From assembly GCA_043811375.1 (NCBI GenBank), contig JBDRNJ010000057.1:12452-76451 (forward strand): 64,000 bases of DNA, given 5' to 3'. Below, piece by piece: positions 47,641 to 58,900 of the stretch. Both the position numbers and the translations under genes were made by a program. Numbering within the stretch: the first letter of the stretch is position 1; each line of letters opens with the position of its first letter. The notes under the pieces are model-generated. The model did no database searches. It had not been told where the DNA came from and worked only from the letters and a program-made list of their open reading frames with translations. The stretch comes from a bacterium. Lineage in GTDB: Bacteria; Zixibacteria; MSB-5A5; GN15; FEB-12.

Positions 47641-48322
47641 GAAGTATCCGCGCAGCAGTTGACCAATGTGGTAGATTGGTGTAGACATCACTGACAGTTT
47701 CTGTCAGTGACGCGCATATCTGATCTTGTTGACGCCACTGTCCCATAATGGCTTTTTCTCTTCCAGTATCAGGGTGAGGGTCTCAGTGAACATCGGAGGG
47801 CAAGTACCCGTTCGCCCCATGCATATTGTGGCGATGAGTCAAGTCTAACGCCCCCGCCAAGGGAAATCGAGCCGAAATATTGGGCCGGATCTATCTGAAA
47901 TCACGACTACATAGATGCCCTTTGTTAGGGAAGATACGGCAGCGGGTGACAACGGAGAGGAGATCTGATTCCATTCGTATCTGATGTCGGCGATTACTTT
48001 TGCAGTATTCGGGAATATCGTGATCCAGATTGTGCTTGACACACGCCGGGCAATGAAGTAGACTCCCTTAACTGTCATCATTGCACGACTTCTAGCAGGA
48101 AACACATGCAACCGGGGACCGAAGCAATCGCATAGTTGTGGGCGCGCGGTGCCTACGAGGAGTGGGAAAGGCTGCTATCCAAAACGATGCCAGGTCGCCT
48201 CAGACCTTGCATGGGGCAAGGCATGGCGCGCAGAGTGTACTCTATTTGAGGAGGGACTATTGTGGAGTCAGGATTATTCAGGGATAACCCTATTTTGACA
48301 GATCAATCTGCAGGGAGAACGT

Positions 48323-51300
48323 ATGGTGTGTAGTCTACCAAAGTTCGCAAATAGGTGTTCGATAGTGCCTATATGTACGGTGCTTCTGTTCCTTATTCTC
48401 TCGATATCTATAGCCTTCGCTGTTACTTCCGGGCCGGATGATCCGAACATACAATCGATATCTGCTGTGGATGTCGACCAGTATGTGGACCTGTACACTG
48501 GTGATCTGAACTACAAAATCCCTCTGTTTGATTTGCAGGGCCCAAATGGAAATTACCCCTTTGTGCTTACGTACAGTTCAAACATAACCATGGACCAGGA
48601 AGCTAGTTGGGTGGGTCTCGGCTGGAGCCTTAGTGCAGGTGCTATCAGCCGACAGATGCGTGGGCTTGCTGATGACTGGAATGGGGCACGAGTTAGGAAA
48701 GTGCGCGACGTCAAGCCCAACTACACGTGGGGCGTATCAGCGGGGGGGAGTCTAGAGTTAATCGGTGCGGACAACAAGAAAGGAGGCAAACTCTCGGGCA
48801 GTGCCGGCATCACGGCTTACTACAACAACTACAAGGGTTGGGGGCAGAGCAGGGACATTGGATTCGGTTACAAAAATGTGGGAGGAACCTCGCTCACTGC
48901 GGGATTGGGGCTGAAGCTGGACACACAGGGCGGCTTGACTCTAAGCCCATCGTTGGGACTCGGCTGGTCACTGGAGCGCAAGGAATCTGAGTTCCAGGTC
49001 GGTGCAAGTGCCTCAGCTGCCTTCAATTCCCGACAAGGGTTGTCTTCTCTCTCTCTTGGCTACTCGGGGAAAGTCGTCAAGACAAAGCCAACAGGTGACC
49101 AAGGTAAACGCAGTCCAACTGACATTATGGGCCTTGCTGGACAAAGTACGCTTTCGTTTGCCCGATCCGCATATGTGCCGTACTACGAAATGCCCATGAC
49201 TGGATGGAATGTATCGGCGACGTTCAAATTGGGAGGCGAATTTCTCGGTGTTCACCCTAACCTCTACATCCGAGGATTCTACAACCGCCAGTGGCTGAAA
49301 AACCGAGCTAAGGTGACGGCCAAGAGCGCATTTGGCTATCTGCATCTTGAGGGTTTCGGCACCTCTGAAACCAGTGGCAGAATCATGGATATCAATCGCG
49401 AGCACGATGGGATGATACGTAAGGAGTCCCCCAACCTGCCGATACCCTCTCTCACACACGACATTTACACCGTAACCGGAACAGGAATGAGCGGGGCTTT
49501 TCGACCGTACCGCAGAGAGATCGGAGTGGTCTATGACCCGGAAGTGAAGTCAAGCATAACCGGTGGCGGCCTAGGTGTGGAAATCGGTGGTGGAAATGCG
49601 GTTCACGTAGGGATTGACGGAAGCCTGAATCACTCGGTGTCAGAAAGTAAGCCCTGGCTGGATCCCACACTCAGCGAAATATACAAGTTCAAAGGGGCAA
49701 TGGGCGAGAGTGCCCAATTCAAACCCTATTACTTCCGATTCCTCGGGGAGCACACGGCACAGGATACATCCGTTCTATCCCACGTAGGGGGAGAACGCGC
49801 GGTTCGTGCCGAGTTGGCCACGAGCGGTCTGAGCGAAATCGTTGATGAAGCAGTCGACCTTGACTTTGAACTCTTTTCCCCTACTGGACAGCTGACTGAC
49901 GCTTACGGCATTGCCACACCAGCAGCCCAGACAGAGTCTGACGCAGCTGAACCGAGGTCACGGCTCATTCAGAGTTTCTCAAATGCGGACCTCATAGATG
50001 CTGATGCCTTCACCAACCAGCACCTGCACGTCACATTCTACGACGTCAACGAAGACGCGCATGTTCTCGAACGATCTGGGAGAGACCATGATGATATTGC
50101 TGCTTTTGTCATTACGGGCACCGACGGTGTGCGTTATATCTATGCACTTCCGGTGTACAATAATGAACATGTGGAATACGTGTTTAGTGTCGAAGCTACC
50201 GGCCACGAATGTGAACCGACCTATCCACTCTCGCAACTCGGCGGATCACCTGGCTCCGAGTATTATAAGGTCAGCAACTCGGAGGAGTATTACCGCCGCA
50301 CAGAACTTCCTCCGTACGTGTACTCCTACCTTCTGACTGCAATAGTCGGACCAGACTATGTCGACGCTGATAATATTCCCGGGGCATCGGCAGGCGACTT
50401 CGGTCATTGGGTGAAATTCACATACACGAAGTGGGAAGAGGACTACAAATGGCGGGCACCGTTTGTGGACGCGAACTTCAATCCGGGGATGCAAACGCCG
50501 CGCGATGATAAAGCATCGTTTATGTATGGAAGCCGACAAGTATACTGTCTTCGAACAGCAGAAACAAAGACCCAGATCGCGCAGTTTTTTGTGAGCGAAC
50601 GTCGAGACGCCCGAGGTGCGGTCGATTCAATGCAAACTGCTAATAGTAGCAGTTGTTTAGGGGCATCGTTGTTTCAGCTTGACAAGGTATCCCTCTTTTC
50701 GCGAAATAGTCGGCTCATTCACTCAAGTGAAGATGAGGTCAATGAACTACCACTGAAAACAGTCCATTTTCGCTATAGAAATGAGTTGTGTCGCGAATTG
50801 CCAAATGGTCAGCCGTCGAGTGGATACACCCAGGTGGATGACACAGTCTCGGGAAAGCTGACTCTCAAGAGGCTCTGGTTCACTCATGAAAGAAGCACGA
50901 GGGGGAGCTTATCGCCATATGTCTTTGACTACGATTATGCAGATCCAGACAGGAATCCCAGGTACGAAAGTCATCACCAAGATGCATGGGGCAGCTATAA
51001 ACCATGCCTTGACAACTACAAATGTTGGCAGATGGACGTCGCATCGCCGCATCAGATTGATGGCTCAGGCAGTTTTGATCTAGGGGCACTAAACGCTCAT
51101 GCCACGGCGTGGCGTCTTCGTGCGATTCATCTTCCGTCGGGTGGATCGCTCCATATCGACTACGAGTCGGATACTTACTCTCATGTGCAGAATAAGCCTG
51201 CAACGTATATGGCACGGATTATTGACCCTGACGGCAACGGAAAGATCGGGAGTTTTGAGGATTGGCAGGTAGTATTTCCTCTGGTTCAGCCAATTTCAAA

Positions 51301-54300
51301 ATCTACCTCTCAGGAAGCACTCGCCGAGCTTCTGCAAAGATACGCACGGAAACATGAACAGGTGTACTTCAAGGCACACATGTATCTCAAGGATCACTCA
51401 CAATCAATATCGGATATCGTAGCCGGGTTTGCTCGAGTGGATAATGTAGATGTTCTGGATGCACCCGGGCCTGGCCCGTACACGCATGGTGTTATTACGG
51501 TTAGATCTGATAATGGAAAGCGAGATCACCACCCGATAACGGAGGCTGCGCTCCAACATCTATTACTGAACCGCCCTGAAGATATCTACACTCCACTGTC
51601 TTTTGATCCTGATGCAGGATGGGATGATCACGCCCTGATGATCCCTTCGCTGGTCGGTTATGCACTAAGCGAGATCGTCAGCGCAATTGACGGGTACTAT
51701 GACAACGCAACAAGAAAAGGCTGGGGTCAGGAGTTCGACCAGGATCGTTCCTGGATTAGACTGAGGTATCCCTACGGACGCAAATTCGGCGGTGGTTGTC
51801 GTGTTAGTCGATTGACGCTGGTGGACAATTGGGGTGCTGCAACGGATAGCTCGGAGCCATCCTCCGAGTATGGCTTTGCTTACCTATACGATAACGAGGA
51901 TGGTAGCAGCAGCGGCGTTACCACATTTGAGCCGATGGTAATGCATGAAGAAAACCCACTGCGCATGGCCAAAACCTACACCCAGTCAGTCCCGCTTGGT
52001 TCAGATTATAATCTGTTCTTCCCGTATCCAATCAATACAGGCTACATGCCTGGCCCGATGGTAGGCTATCAAAAGGTGAGGGTACGCTCCCTTGCAACAC
52101 AAGGGGTAGTCGATGGGAGGATTCCGGCGAGTGTTCGCACTACGGGTGAGACGCGCCACCGCTTTTTCACATCGAGGGATTTCCCGGTACAGACGGAAGA
52201 GACAGCGATCCAGAAGAAATTCTTCGATCTGTGGGTGCCGTTATTGTTCTTCGGTGAAATTACGATCCACAATATGACAGCGAGTCAGGGGTATGCAATA
52301 ACTCTCAATGATATGGCTGGCAAACTAAAGGAACTGTCACACTTTGGAGTGGACACTTCCGGTCAGGTAGAAACAAACGCAACAAGCTGGACCAGGTACA
52401 ACTACAATGCTCGCCCGATTCGCCTCAAGAACAACGTAGTTATGTACCAGGTTGAGGATGCCCTGAACGTCTTCGATTCTATCGGTCCATCCTCAGAGAA
52501 GCGTGTTGGCTTAGACTATGAGTTCTTCTTGGATATGAGACATAGCAGGAGCGAGGCCATTCAGGGGGGTGTCAACCTCAACCTGGATTTTGGCATGGCT
52601 GGGCCAATCCCCATCGTTCTTGTTGGACCCTTCGCTAATATCGGGTGGTCTTTGAATCAGATGCAGACGGTAGTAGCCAACAAGATAATCCACAAAGCCG
52701 GTGTTTTGACTGGTGTTGAATCCTTCGATGGACAGACACTCAGCCGCACCGATTACCACGCGTTTGATGCTATCACCGGTCAACCTCTGCTCACGTCGAG
52801 GAGCAACCGTTTTGGTGATCCAGTCTACAGTCTCACTATTCCTGCACATTGGCCGTATGCGGGTATGGGAAACCCAAATCGAAAGATAGATCTCCGATTT
52901 GAGGCTGATCTCGGGCCATGTAACGGTGAGGGCGAGTACTGTTTTGATCCACCTGCTGGCCTTGATCTTCTTGGAACCGGCGACGAGCTGATGGTAAGGG
53001 GCCAAGACGCGAGTGCCAGAGCAACAGTAGTGCAAGATGGAGATATACTGAAGGTAGTCAGTGGCTCAGGTGAGGCACCAACGGGCCGGGTTACAATCAT
53101 CATGCTAAGGCCTGCAGAAAGAAACATGTTGTCCGCCAATGCTGGTGTGATTGAGGCTCTGGAAAATCCCGAAGTCGCTTTGAGACAGGGACGACAAGAT
53201 ATCTGCAGGGAGACAATCTATTATATGTGCGACTCCTGTGAAGTCTCACATTGGGTGCCATTTGTAACCCCTTGTGCCCACGCTGTTGTCAGACTGTTGG
53301 ATAGTCTGTGCCGCACTGAAGCCGGCGGTAGAAGAGATCTGCGGCGCACCTTGGTAAACGATCCACTGGTGTCCATAAACGAGCTGTGCGGAAGACAAAT
53401 CCAGGATATTCCCTGGGAGTACTGTGTTCCCTACAATCGCTCGACCTTGAGCGACACTGCAGTGCACTTATTCGTGCGGGGTGACGAACTCGAAAAATGC
53501 GGTGTAACTTTCTTAAGTGCCAGCGGAGACCCTATTGCGATCCGGAGTATTGTGTCAGTTAGCAACCCGACATACTTGGAGCAGCATCCGGCAAAAATCC
53601 AATGCGATAACCGAACTGGCTATGACTTTGCCAATATCTCTGTAGATATCTGGCAAAAAGGTCAATACAAACCTGCCATTGCGTATCTCTTCTCCTCCTG
53701 TGGCTTCTGGACGGCGGAGTGTTTGAGCACTGAGTGGGTTTACCAAGAGTGCCGTTGGGATACAAGTTATGTTCTCCAGCTGTTTGACAAGGTCTTGAAC
53801 ATGAGTGCAACGACCTACAACCAATCATGGCTGCATGATATGGCGAACGTCAGATTTCCCGGATCGGCCGAGTATGCAGAGGAAACGTGGAACCGACTAT
53901 TGGGTCTCCACCCATACTACCGCGGGGACCTGGGTATATGGCGGCCCGCCGCCTCATACGAATTCCTGGAAGAACGTAAACAGAGCTTCTCCGATCCCAA
54001 TCTCAGGGTCGACGGTACTGTCGACAACGCGGTTATGTTCCAGTGGAACAACGCGGCCTTCTTGGATTGTGCGCCACAGTGGCTACGTGTCGATACGACA
54101 ACACAATATAGCCCATGCAACTTTGCTATTGAGAGCCGTGACATTCTGGATATCCCGTCGTCGGCTCTGTTTGGCCACAACAATTCACTGCTCACAGCCC
54201 TTGCTGTCGATGCTGAGTCCGAGGAAATACTCTCAGAATCGTTTGAAGAATATTATGCTGGTGACTCGGTAACTCCCTGGACAACCAGCGGCGGCAATTT

Positions 54301-55255
54301 CGATTTCTGCACCAAGAGCGTATGGGTGTTCAATTGGCCGCGCGATCTGGTCTGGAGCGGAAGATTGGAGGATCGTCGTTTTGGAGTAATCGACCAACCT
54401 GTGCTAATGACGGCTGATCGATCAGTAGAAGTGTTTTTCCCGGAAGGGTATGGGATGGCCAGCTCCACACAGTCAGGGATGTACAGCGTTCGTGTACATG
54501 GCACTATCGATGACGGAGCAAGCGTTTTGATGTTTGAGGACATCGATGCCCCACTTCATCCTTCTGTGCCGATCGATGTTCGGACTCCAGTTGCTGATCA
54601 GGTGCACTATGTTGTCGAGCCGGTGCGTCATTCAAAGACCCGTTCGGCTATCACGAAGAGGTATGCGCACACTGGGGTCCGTAGTCTGCTGATTGGTGAC
54701 ACCATATCATTCGAGCAGAATCGACTGCAACTGAAGCCTGACAAAGCTTACGTGTTGACGGCGTGGATGCGCAAAGCCGATGACGACGTTCACACGTACA
54801 AAACAGATCACTCTGATTCCGAGCACAACCCGGGCATCCGCATCCGGTACCTTGACGGGAGTGATCACGAGCTATCCGTGACTGGACCGCTCGCCGAGCC
54901 TTCCGGTCCGATTATCGAGGGCTGGCAAAGGGTGGAAGCTATATTTGTTATGCCGGACGATGCGGCGGGTATCGTACTGCAGTTCCAGCCAGGCGTTCCC
55001 AAGCCGGCGGCGTATTTTGATGATATCCGCCTCATGCCCTTTGCAAGCAATCTTGAATGCTATGTCTATGATGTCGATAACCTCAGGCTTGTTGCTAAAC
55101 TGGACAGGAATCACTTTGCGACATTCTTCGATTATGCGGAGGACGGGTCGCTGTATCTCGTCAGGAAAGAGACAGTCCAAGGAATCCAGTCCGTGCAGGA
55201 ATCGCGGTTCCATCTGCGGGAGCGAGCAGCAGAGCAGGATGCGGGGGGGATGTAA
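48323..55255 (+). CDS. Giant secreted YD-shell protein with SpvB/TcB-like N-terminus and CBM-like C-terminal domain, 2310 aa
   Basis: Signal peptide; VDLYTGDLNYKIPL...LTYSS...WVGLGWSL...ISR; YD-like segments (YHAFDAITGQPLL, VYDVDNLRL, FFDYAEDGSL); AHTG...AYVLTAW...GWQRVE...FDDIRL. Confidence 0.7.
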   Translation: MVCSLPKFANRCSIVPICTVLLFLILSISIAFAVTSGPDDPNIQSISAVDVDQYVDLYTGDLNYKIPLFDLQGPNGNYPFVLTYSSNITMDQEASWVGLGWSLSAGAISRQMRGLADDWNGARVRKVRDVKPNYTWGVSAGGSLELIGADNKKGGKLSGSAGITAYYNNYKGWGQSRDIGFGYKNVGGTSLTAGLGLKLDTQGGLTLSPSLGLGWSLERKESEFQVGASASAAFNSRQGLSSLSLGYSGKVVKTKPTGDQGKRSPTDIMGLAGQSTLSFARSAYVPYYEMPMTGWNVSATFKLGGEFLGVHPNLYIRGFYNRQWLKNRAKVTAKSAFGYLHLEGFGTSETSGRIMDINREHDGMIRKESPNLPIPSLTHDIYTVTGTGMSGAFRPYRREIGVVYDPEVKSSITGGGLGVEIGGGNAVHVGIDGSLNHSVSESKPWLDPTLSEIYKFKGAMGESAQFKPYYFRFLGEHTAQDTSVLSHVGGERAVRAELATSGLSEIVDEAVDLDFELFSPTGQLTDAYGIATPAAQTESDAAEPRSRLIQSFSNADLIDADAFTNQHLHVTFYDVNEDAHVLERSGRDHDDIAAFVITGTDGVRYIYALPVYNNEHVEYVFSVEATGHECEPTYPLSQLGGSPGSEYYKVSNSEEYYRRTELPPYVYSYLLTAIVGPDYVDADNIPGASAGDFGHWVKFTYTKWEEDYKWRAPFVDANFNPGMQTPRDDKASFMYGSRQVYCLRTAETKTQIAQFFVSERRDARGAVDSMQTANSSSCLGASLFQLDKVSLFSRNSRLIHSSEDEVNELPLKTVHFRYRNELCRELPNGQPSSGYTQVDDTVSGKLTLKRLWFTHERSTRGSLSPYVFDYDYADPDRNPRYESHHQDAWGSYKPCLDNYKCWQMDVASPHQIDGSGSFDLGALNAHATAWRLRAIHLPSGGSLHIDYESDTYSHVQNKPATYMARIIDPDGNGKIGSFEDWQVVFPLVQPISKSTSQEALAELLQRYARKHEQVYFKAHMYLKDHSQSISDIVAGFARVDNVDVLDAPGPGPYTHGVITVRSDNGKRDHHPITEAALQHLLLNRPEDIYTPLSFDPDAGWDDHALMIPSLVGYALSEIVSAIDGYYDNATRKGWGQEFDQDRSWIRLRYPYGRKFGGGCRVSRLTLVDNWGAATDSSEPSSEYGFAYLYDNEDGSSSGVTTFEPMVMHEENPLRMAKTYTQSVPLGSDYNLFFPYPINTGYMPGPMVGYQKVRVRSLATQGVVDGRIPASVRTTGETRHRFFTSRDFPVQTEETAIQKKFFDLWVPLLFFGEITIHNMTASQGYAITLNDMAGKLKELSHFGVDTSGQVETNATSWTRYNYNARPIRLKNNVVMYQVEDALNVFDSIGPSSEKRVGLDYEFFLDMRHSRSEAIQGGVNLNLDFGMAGPIPIVLVGPFANIGWSLNQMQTVVANKIIHKAGVLTGVESFDGQTLSRTDYHAFDAITGQPLLTSRSNRFGDPVYSLTIPAHWPYAGMGNPNRKIDLRFEADLGPCNGEGEYCFDPPAGLDLLGTGDELMVRGQDASARATVVQDGDILKVVSGSGEAPTGRVTIIMLRPAERNMLSANAGVIEALENPEVALRQGRQDICRETIYYMCDSCEVSHWVPFVTPCAHAVVRLLDSLCRTEAGGRRDLRRTLVNDPLVSINELCGRQIQDIPWEYCVPYNRSTLSDTAVHLFVRGDELEKCGVTFLSASGDPIAIRSIVSVSNPTYLEQHPAKIQCDNRTGYDFANISVDIWQKGQYKPAIAYLFSSCGFWTAECLSTEWVYQECRWDTSYVLQLFDKVLNMSATTYNQSWLHDMANVRFPGSAEYAEETWNRLLGLHPYYRGDLGIWRPAASYEFLEERKQSFSDPNLRVDGTVDNAVMFQWNNAAFLDCAPQWLRVDTTTQYSPCNFAIESRDILDIPSSALFGHNNSLLTALAVDAESEEILSESFEEYYAGDSVTPWTTSGGNFDFCTKSVWVFNWPRDLVWSGRLEDRRFGVIDQPVLMTADRSVEVFFPEGYGMASSTQSGMYSVRVHGTIDDGASVLMFEDIDAPLHPSVPIDVRTPVADQVHYVVEPVRHSKTRSAITKRYAHTGVRSLLIGDTISFEQNRLQLKPDKAYVLTAWMRKADDDVHTYKTDHSDSEHNPGIRIRYLDGSDHELSVTGPLAEPSGPIIEGWQRVEAIFVMPDDAAGIVLQFQPGVPKPAAYFDDIRLMPFASNLECYVYDVDNLRLVAKLDRNHFATFFDYAEDGSLYLVRKETVQGIQSVQESRFHLRERAAEQDAGGM

Positions 55256-55971
55256 TGAATGTTGTTCTTGCATTCTGTATGACAAGTGTGGTTCTCTGCA
55301 TGTCAATTGCTGGTTCCGCACGCGGGCAGGACTTTGCGTTGGATATCGCGAGAGTGAGTGAGCTACTCCAGGAATCAGATAGTCTGTACGTTACATTTGA
55401 GGTGGAAGTCTACGGCGGCGCTGATGGCAGTCAGTTAGTTCTGATACAGAAAGCGTCTTACTGCAAACACTATCAAACGGTTCTGTATAGTCTGGGCCCG
55501 GTCACGATGTTCTGCACCGAAGGGGCCTCACTGGTGATCAATCACTCTGCCAAGACAATGCTGTTGAGTCATATCGACACCAGAACCGCACCGCCGGCGA
55601 GCCCCGTCGATCAGATTTCAGCAAGACTGGACAGCATACTTGGTGAAGGAGTTCGAATCGAGTATCTTGGTCATTCTGAGGGCGCTAAGCGTTATCGCCT
55701 GCGAAACAGTGAAGGTCCTATTCGTGTTGCTGATATTGTCATTGACTCGAGTACCTCAAGCATAAAATCGCTGCGATACCAATATGATCAGTCAATTGCA
55801 GGGTTTCCGATGACCGCAGCAGTGCTGTTTTCTTATCCAGATAATCCGTACATCTTTGGTTCTCCGGCCCTCAAACTTCAACACTATGTCACAACAGAAG
55901 GAGATTCGGCATACATCAGTCAGAGATTCGCAGATTATGAGCTCTCCTGTGTGGAGGATAACAATGACTAA
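55255..55971 (+). CDS. Secreted protein, possibly LolA-like fold
   Basis: Signal peptide and beta-rich pattern (SLVINHSAKTMLL; IVIDSSTSSIKSLRYQY). Translationally coupled on both sides. Confidence 0.5.
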   Translation: MNVVLAFCMTSVVLCMSIAGSARGQDFALDIARVSELLQESDSLYVTFEVEVYGGADGSQLVLIQKASYCKHYQTVLYSLGPVTMFCTEGASLVINHSAKTMLLSHIDTRTAPPASPVDQISARLDSILGEGVRIEYLGHSEGAKRYRLRNSEGPIRVADIVIDSSTSSIKSLRYQYDQSIAGFPMTAAVLFSYPDNPYIFGSPALKLQHYVTTEGDSAYISQRFADYELSCVEDNND

Positions 55972-58900
55972 GCCAGCAGTATGCGTGACTGTATTACTCA
56001 GTTTCTATGCCTCGATTATTGAATCAGGACTCACGCGTGAGGTCATTCACTGTGATACAATCTCAGGACGCAGCCAAATAGAGTTGACTGACGTTGTTGT
56101 GAACATCCCGTCCGATGTCGAAAGGTTCACCGCTGAAGTGACACTCGAGTATGACGCTGGCCCTTCGATTCTCCTTACTGAGGATTGGCACTATACGGTA
56201 CATGTGAATATCACGGGTGAAGTAGCAGAGGGTATTACTAGCCTTCAAGATGAGTTGACTCTTAGAAACTCTAGGTCGATTAGAACGTTCCAGACCGCCA
56301 GTCGGCATGAGTTGTTGTATGGCCAGATGACTTTAACCGTGGCCCCGGTAGAGGTATCCGGTGCAATACCAGAGAATATCGATCTCGTATTGTTGCTGCA
56401 TCATGAACCGAAATGGGATCCGGGGAATGCTCGCCCACCTAAACCTCGACTGTCCGGACGGGATACGCTGGTATGGCAGCCGGTGGATGGGTGTCAGTAC
56501 TACGAGGTTGAAAGTGCGTTTATTGATGACCTGGCGGGATATACTGGAAGGATCAACCCATTTACCGCGAAGGTGCCGGTGCGTGTGTCTACTGCTGATA
56601 CACTTCATGTTCTTGACTTGCAGCTAACAAGCGGCACAGTCGCAGTGCGCTATCGTGCAGTGGGTACTTTTGGAAGAGGGGGGCTCGATTTCGGAGAGAC
56701 GCGTCGCTACAGTAAATGGTCCGAGACTCTGAGTATGCAGATCTCGAAATCGGCATCTCCGAGTACAGATTTGACCGAATTCGAGCCGAATCTTAATTGG
56801 CAGTCCGCATCGACCTTTGCTGAGCAAGGCCGTCGCTTGAGAACCCTAACCTATTTCGATGGTAGCCTGCGCCGAAGGCAGACGGCACAGAGTTGGTCCC
56901 GGGATGACCTGACACTTGTTACAGACGTCAAGTATGACCACGAAGGTCGCTCTCCCATCAGCATCTTGCCTACCCCAACGAAATGTAGTGATCTGGGATT
57001 TCGAGCGCTGTTTCATCTCAGTTCCTCAGGTACGGCCTACGGCGCCGTGGATGTCGATACCTGGCCGGATATGCCGCTCGCGGCAACTTCGGGTGCCGGC
57101 CAGTATTACCGTGAATTCCTGGACGGCTTTGGGTACTTGCACAGATACACGCCTCGTTCCGATGGCTACCCATTCTCACTTGTCAGGTTCGTGCGCGATA
57201 ATTCGGGCAGAGTAGAGTACTCTTCCGGTATAGGTGAGCACCTGAGAGTAGATGGCGATAACTCATCACAGTTCGTTTATGGTACAGCTACTCAAAGCGA
57301 CTTATTCAGGCTGTTTGGGAGTAATTCTGGCGTGGCTTCCGCTGTCAAGAGAGATCTAGTTATCGATCCAAATGCACAGGGGCTCATTGCATTCAAGGAC
57401 GGTCAGGATCGAGTGATTGCGACTGCTCTTACGGGGGCTAATCCTCCGTCCTTGGATAGACTTCCCGGCATTGCGGTAGACACTGTTAGGTTTTCTCTTG
57501 CTGGTAATAATACAATCAGTATTGAGAGGGGGATTAGCAGGTCTGTAAGTCGGATTCCAAACCGCGCTGGTGCTTATTGCGACTTCACTTATTCACTTTC
57601 AGGCGTCCAGTATGAACCGGATTTGGGTGAGGACTTTCCTTCACTGCCTTGCCGCGAGTGTACCTATGAACTGACCATTCAAATCATTTCCCCGACCGGT
57701 AGGCAGATCAAGATCTTCTGGGACGAGCTCCAGGATTCAGTGGAGACGATCGTAGACACTGTGTTCCCCGAGCCAGGTGTACCATGCGTCGACGGTTCTT
57801 ACACGTGGCCAGACATTCACTTCCGCGCGTTTTTCGCGCGCGCAGGCTCTTATAGTGTTATCAAGACACTTCGTCAGCTCTCGGGCGCATTGGATAGTAC
57901 TCTTGCGTTTTGGGAAACTGAACCCGAAGCTGCAGAACTGTACACGCCTGCTTTCTTCATTGCGCAACAGCTGGCCATGACTGATACAAGCCTCTGCAAC
58001 TTGACATGTGTTCAGCATTGCCGAGAGATGCTCCAAAAGGACAATCAGGCTCATTACGACACGACCGGAGAGTGGCTATATACAGACGAACAGCTGCCTG
58101 AGGCAGTATCGCTTTGTTGTGACGGATTCATTACTAACCATGCCATTGACCGCGTGACAGCGCTTGAGTGTTCATCGTTATTTGAAATGATGAAACAAGA
58201 CGTCAGCCCGGGTGGTTGGCTGTTCGATAGTACGGGATGGTTGGAGGAACAAATAGGGAATACGGGCTTGGCCGGCACAGTGTGTTCTGACAACTTGGAC
58301 GACCAGGAAATCAGAGAGTGCCTGCTAGACCATTGGGACGTTACCGTTGCAACAATGCTCCTACCTGAACATCCAGAGTGGTGTCACGTTGAGAAGTGCT
58401 GGAACGATTCAGCTAGCGCCGCATATGACCGGCGTATGGATGCTATAGAGCACCCTGTCATAGCACTCGTGCGCGGATATTACAATCCTGCAGACATGGA
58501 CGGTGCACCGGGATTGCCATCAGGATACTGCGAGCCTGATCCTTTTCTGAGTTATGCACGCCGCAAGGAAATGATGAAAGACATGTTGCAGGTGTTCTAC
58601 ATCGATAGCTTTGAGATCATCGGTGTCGATACGGTATTTGATACGTTAACGATCTGGGAGTATGTCAGCAATGGCAAATACTACCATGGTCCGCTTGATG
58701 CCTACGATGAGAATTCTGCGAGTATTTGGACAACTTTCCGAAGCCTTTACCAAGGTTTGAAAGACGAGATTCGGGACCAGGAAAGTTCGGAGGACCTGGG
58801 TTGTCCTTACATGGAGTACTCACGCGCATTAGTGAAAAGACCACTTGTACGTGTTGATAGTAGCACAGCTACTGACAGCCGCGATTCGCTTCTCACGTCA

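Noticed and set aside
47845..48111. 88-aa minus ORF with faint SprB/PKD-like YEW...LTKGIYVVVISD
   Set aside because: The similarity is too short to call; at most a gene fragment.
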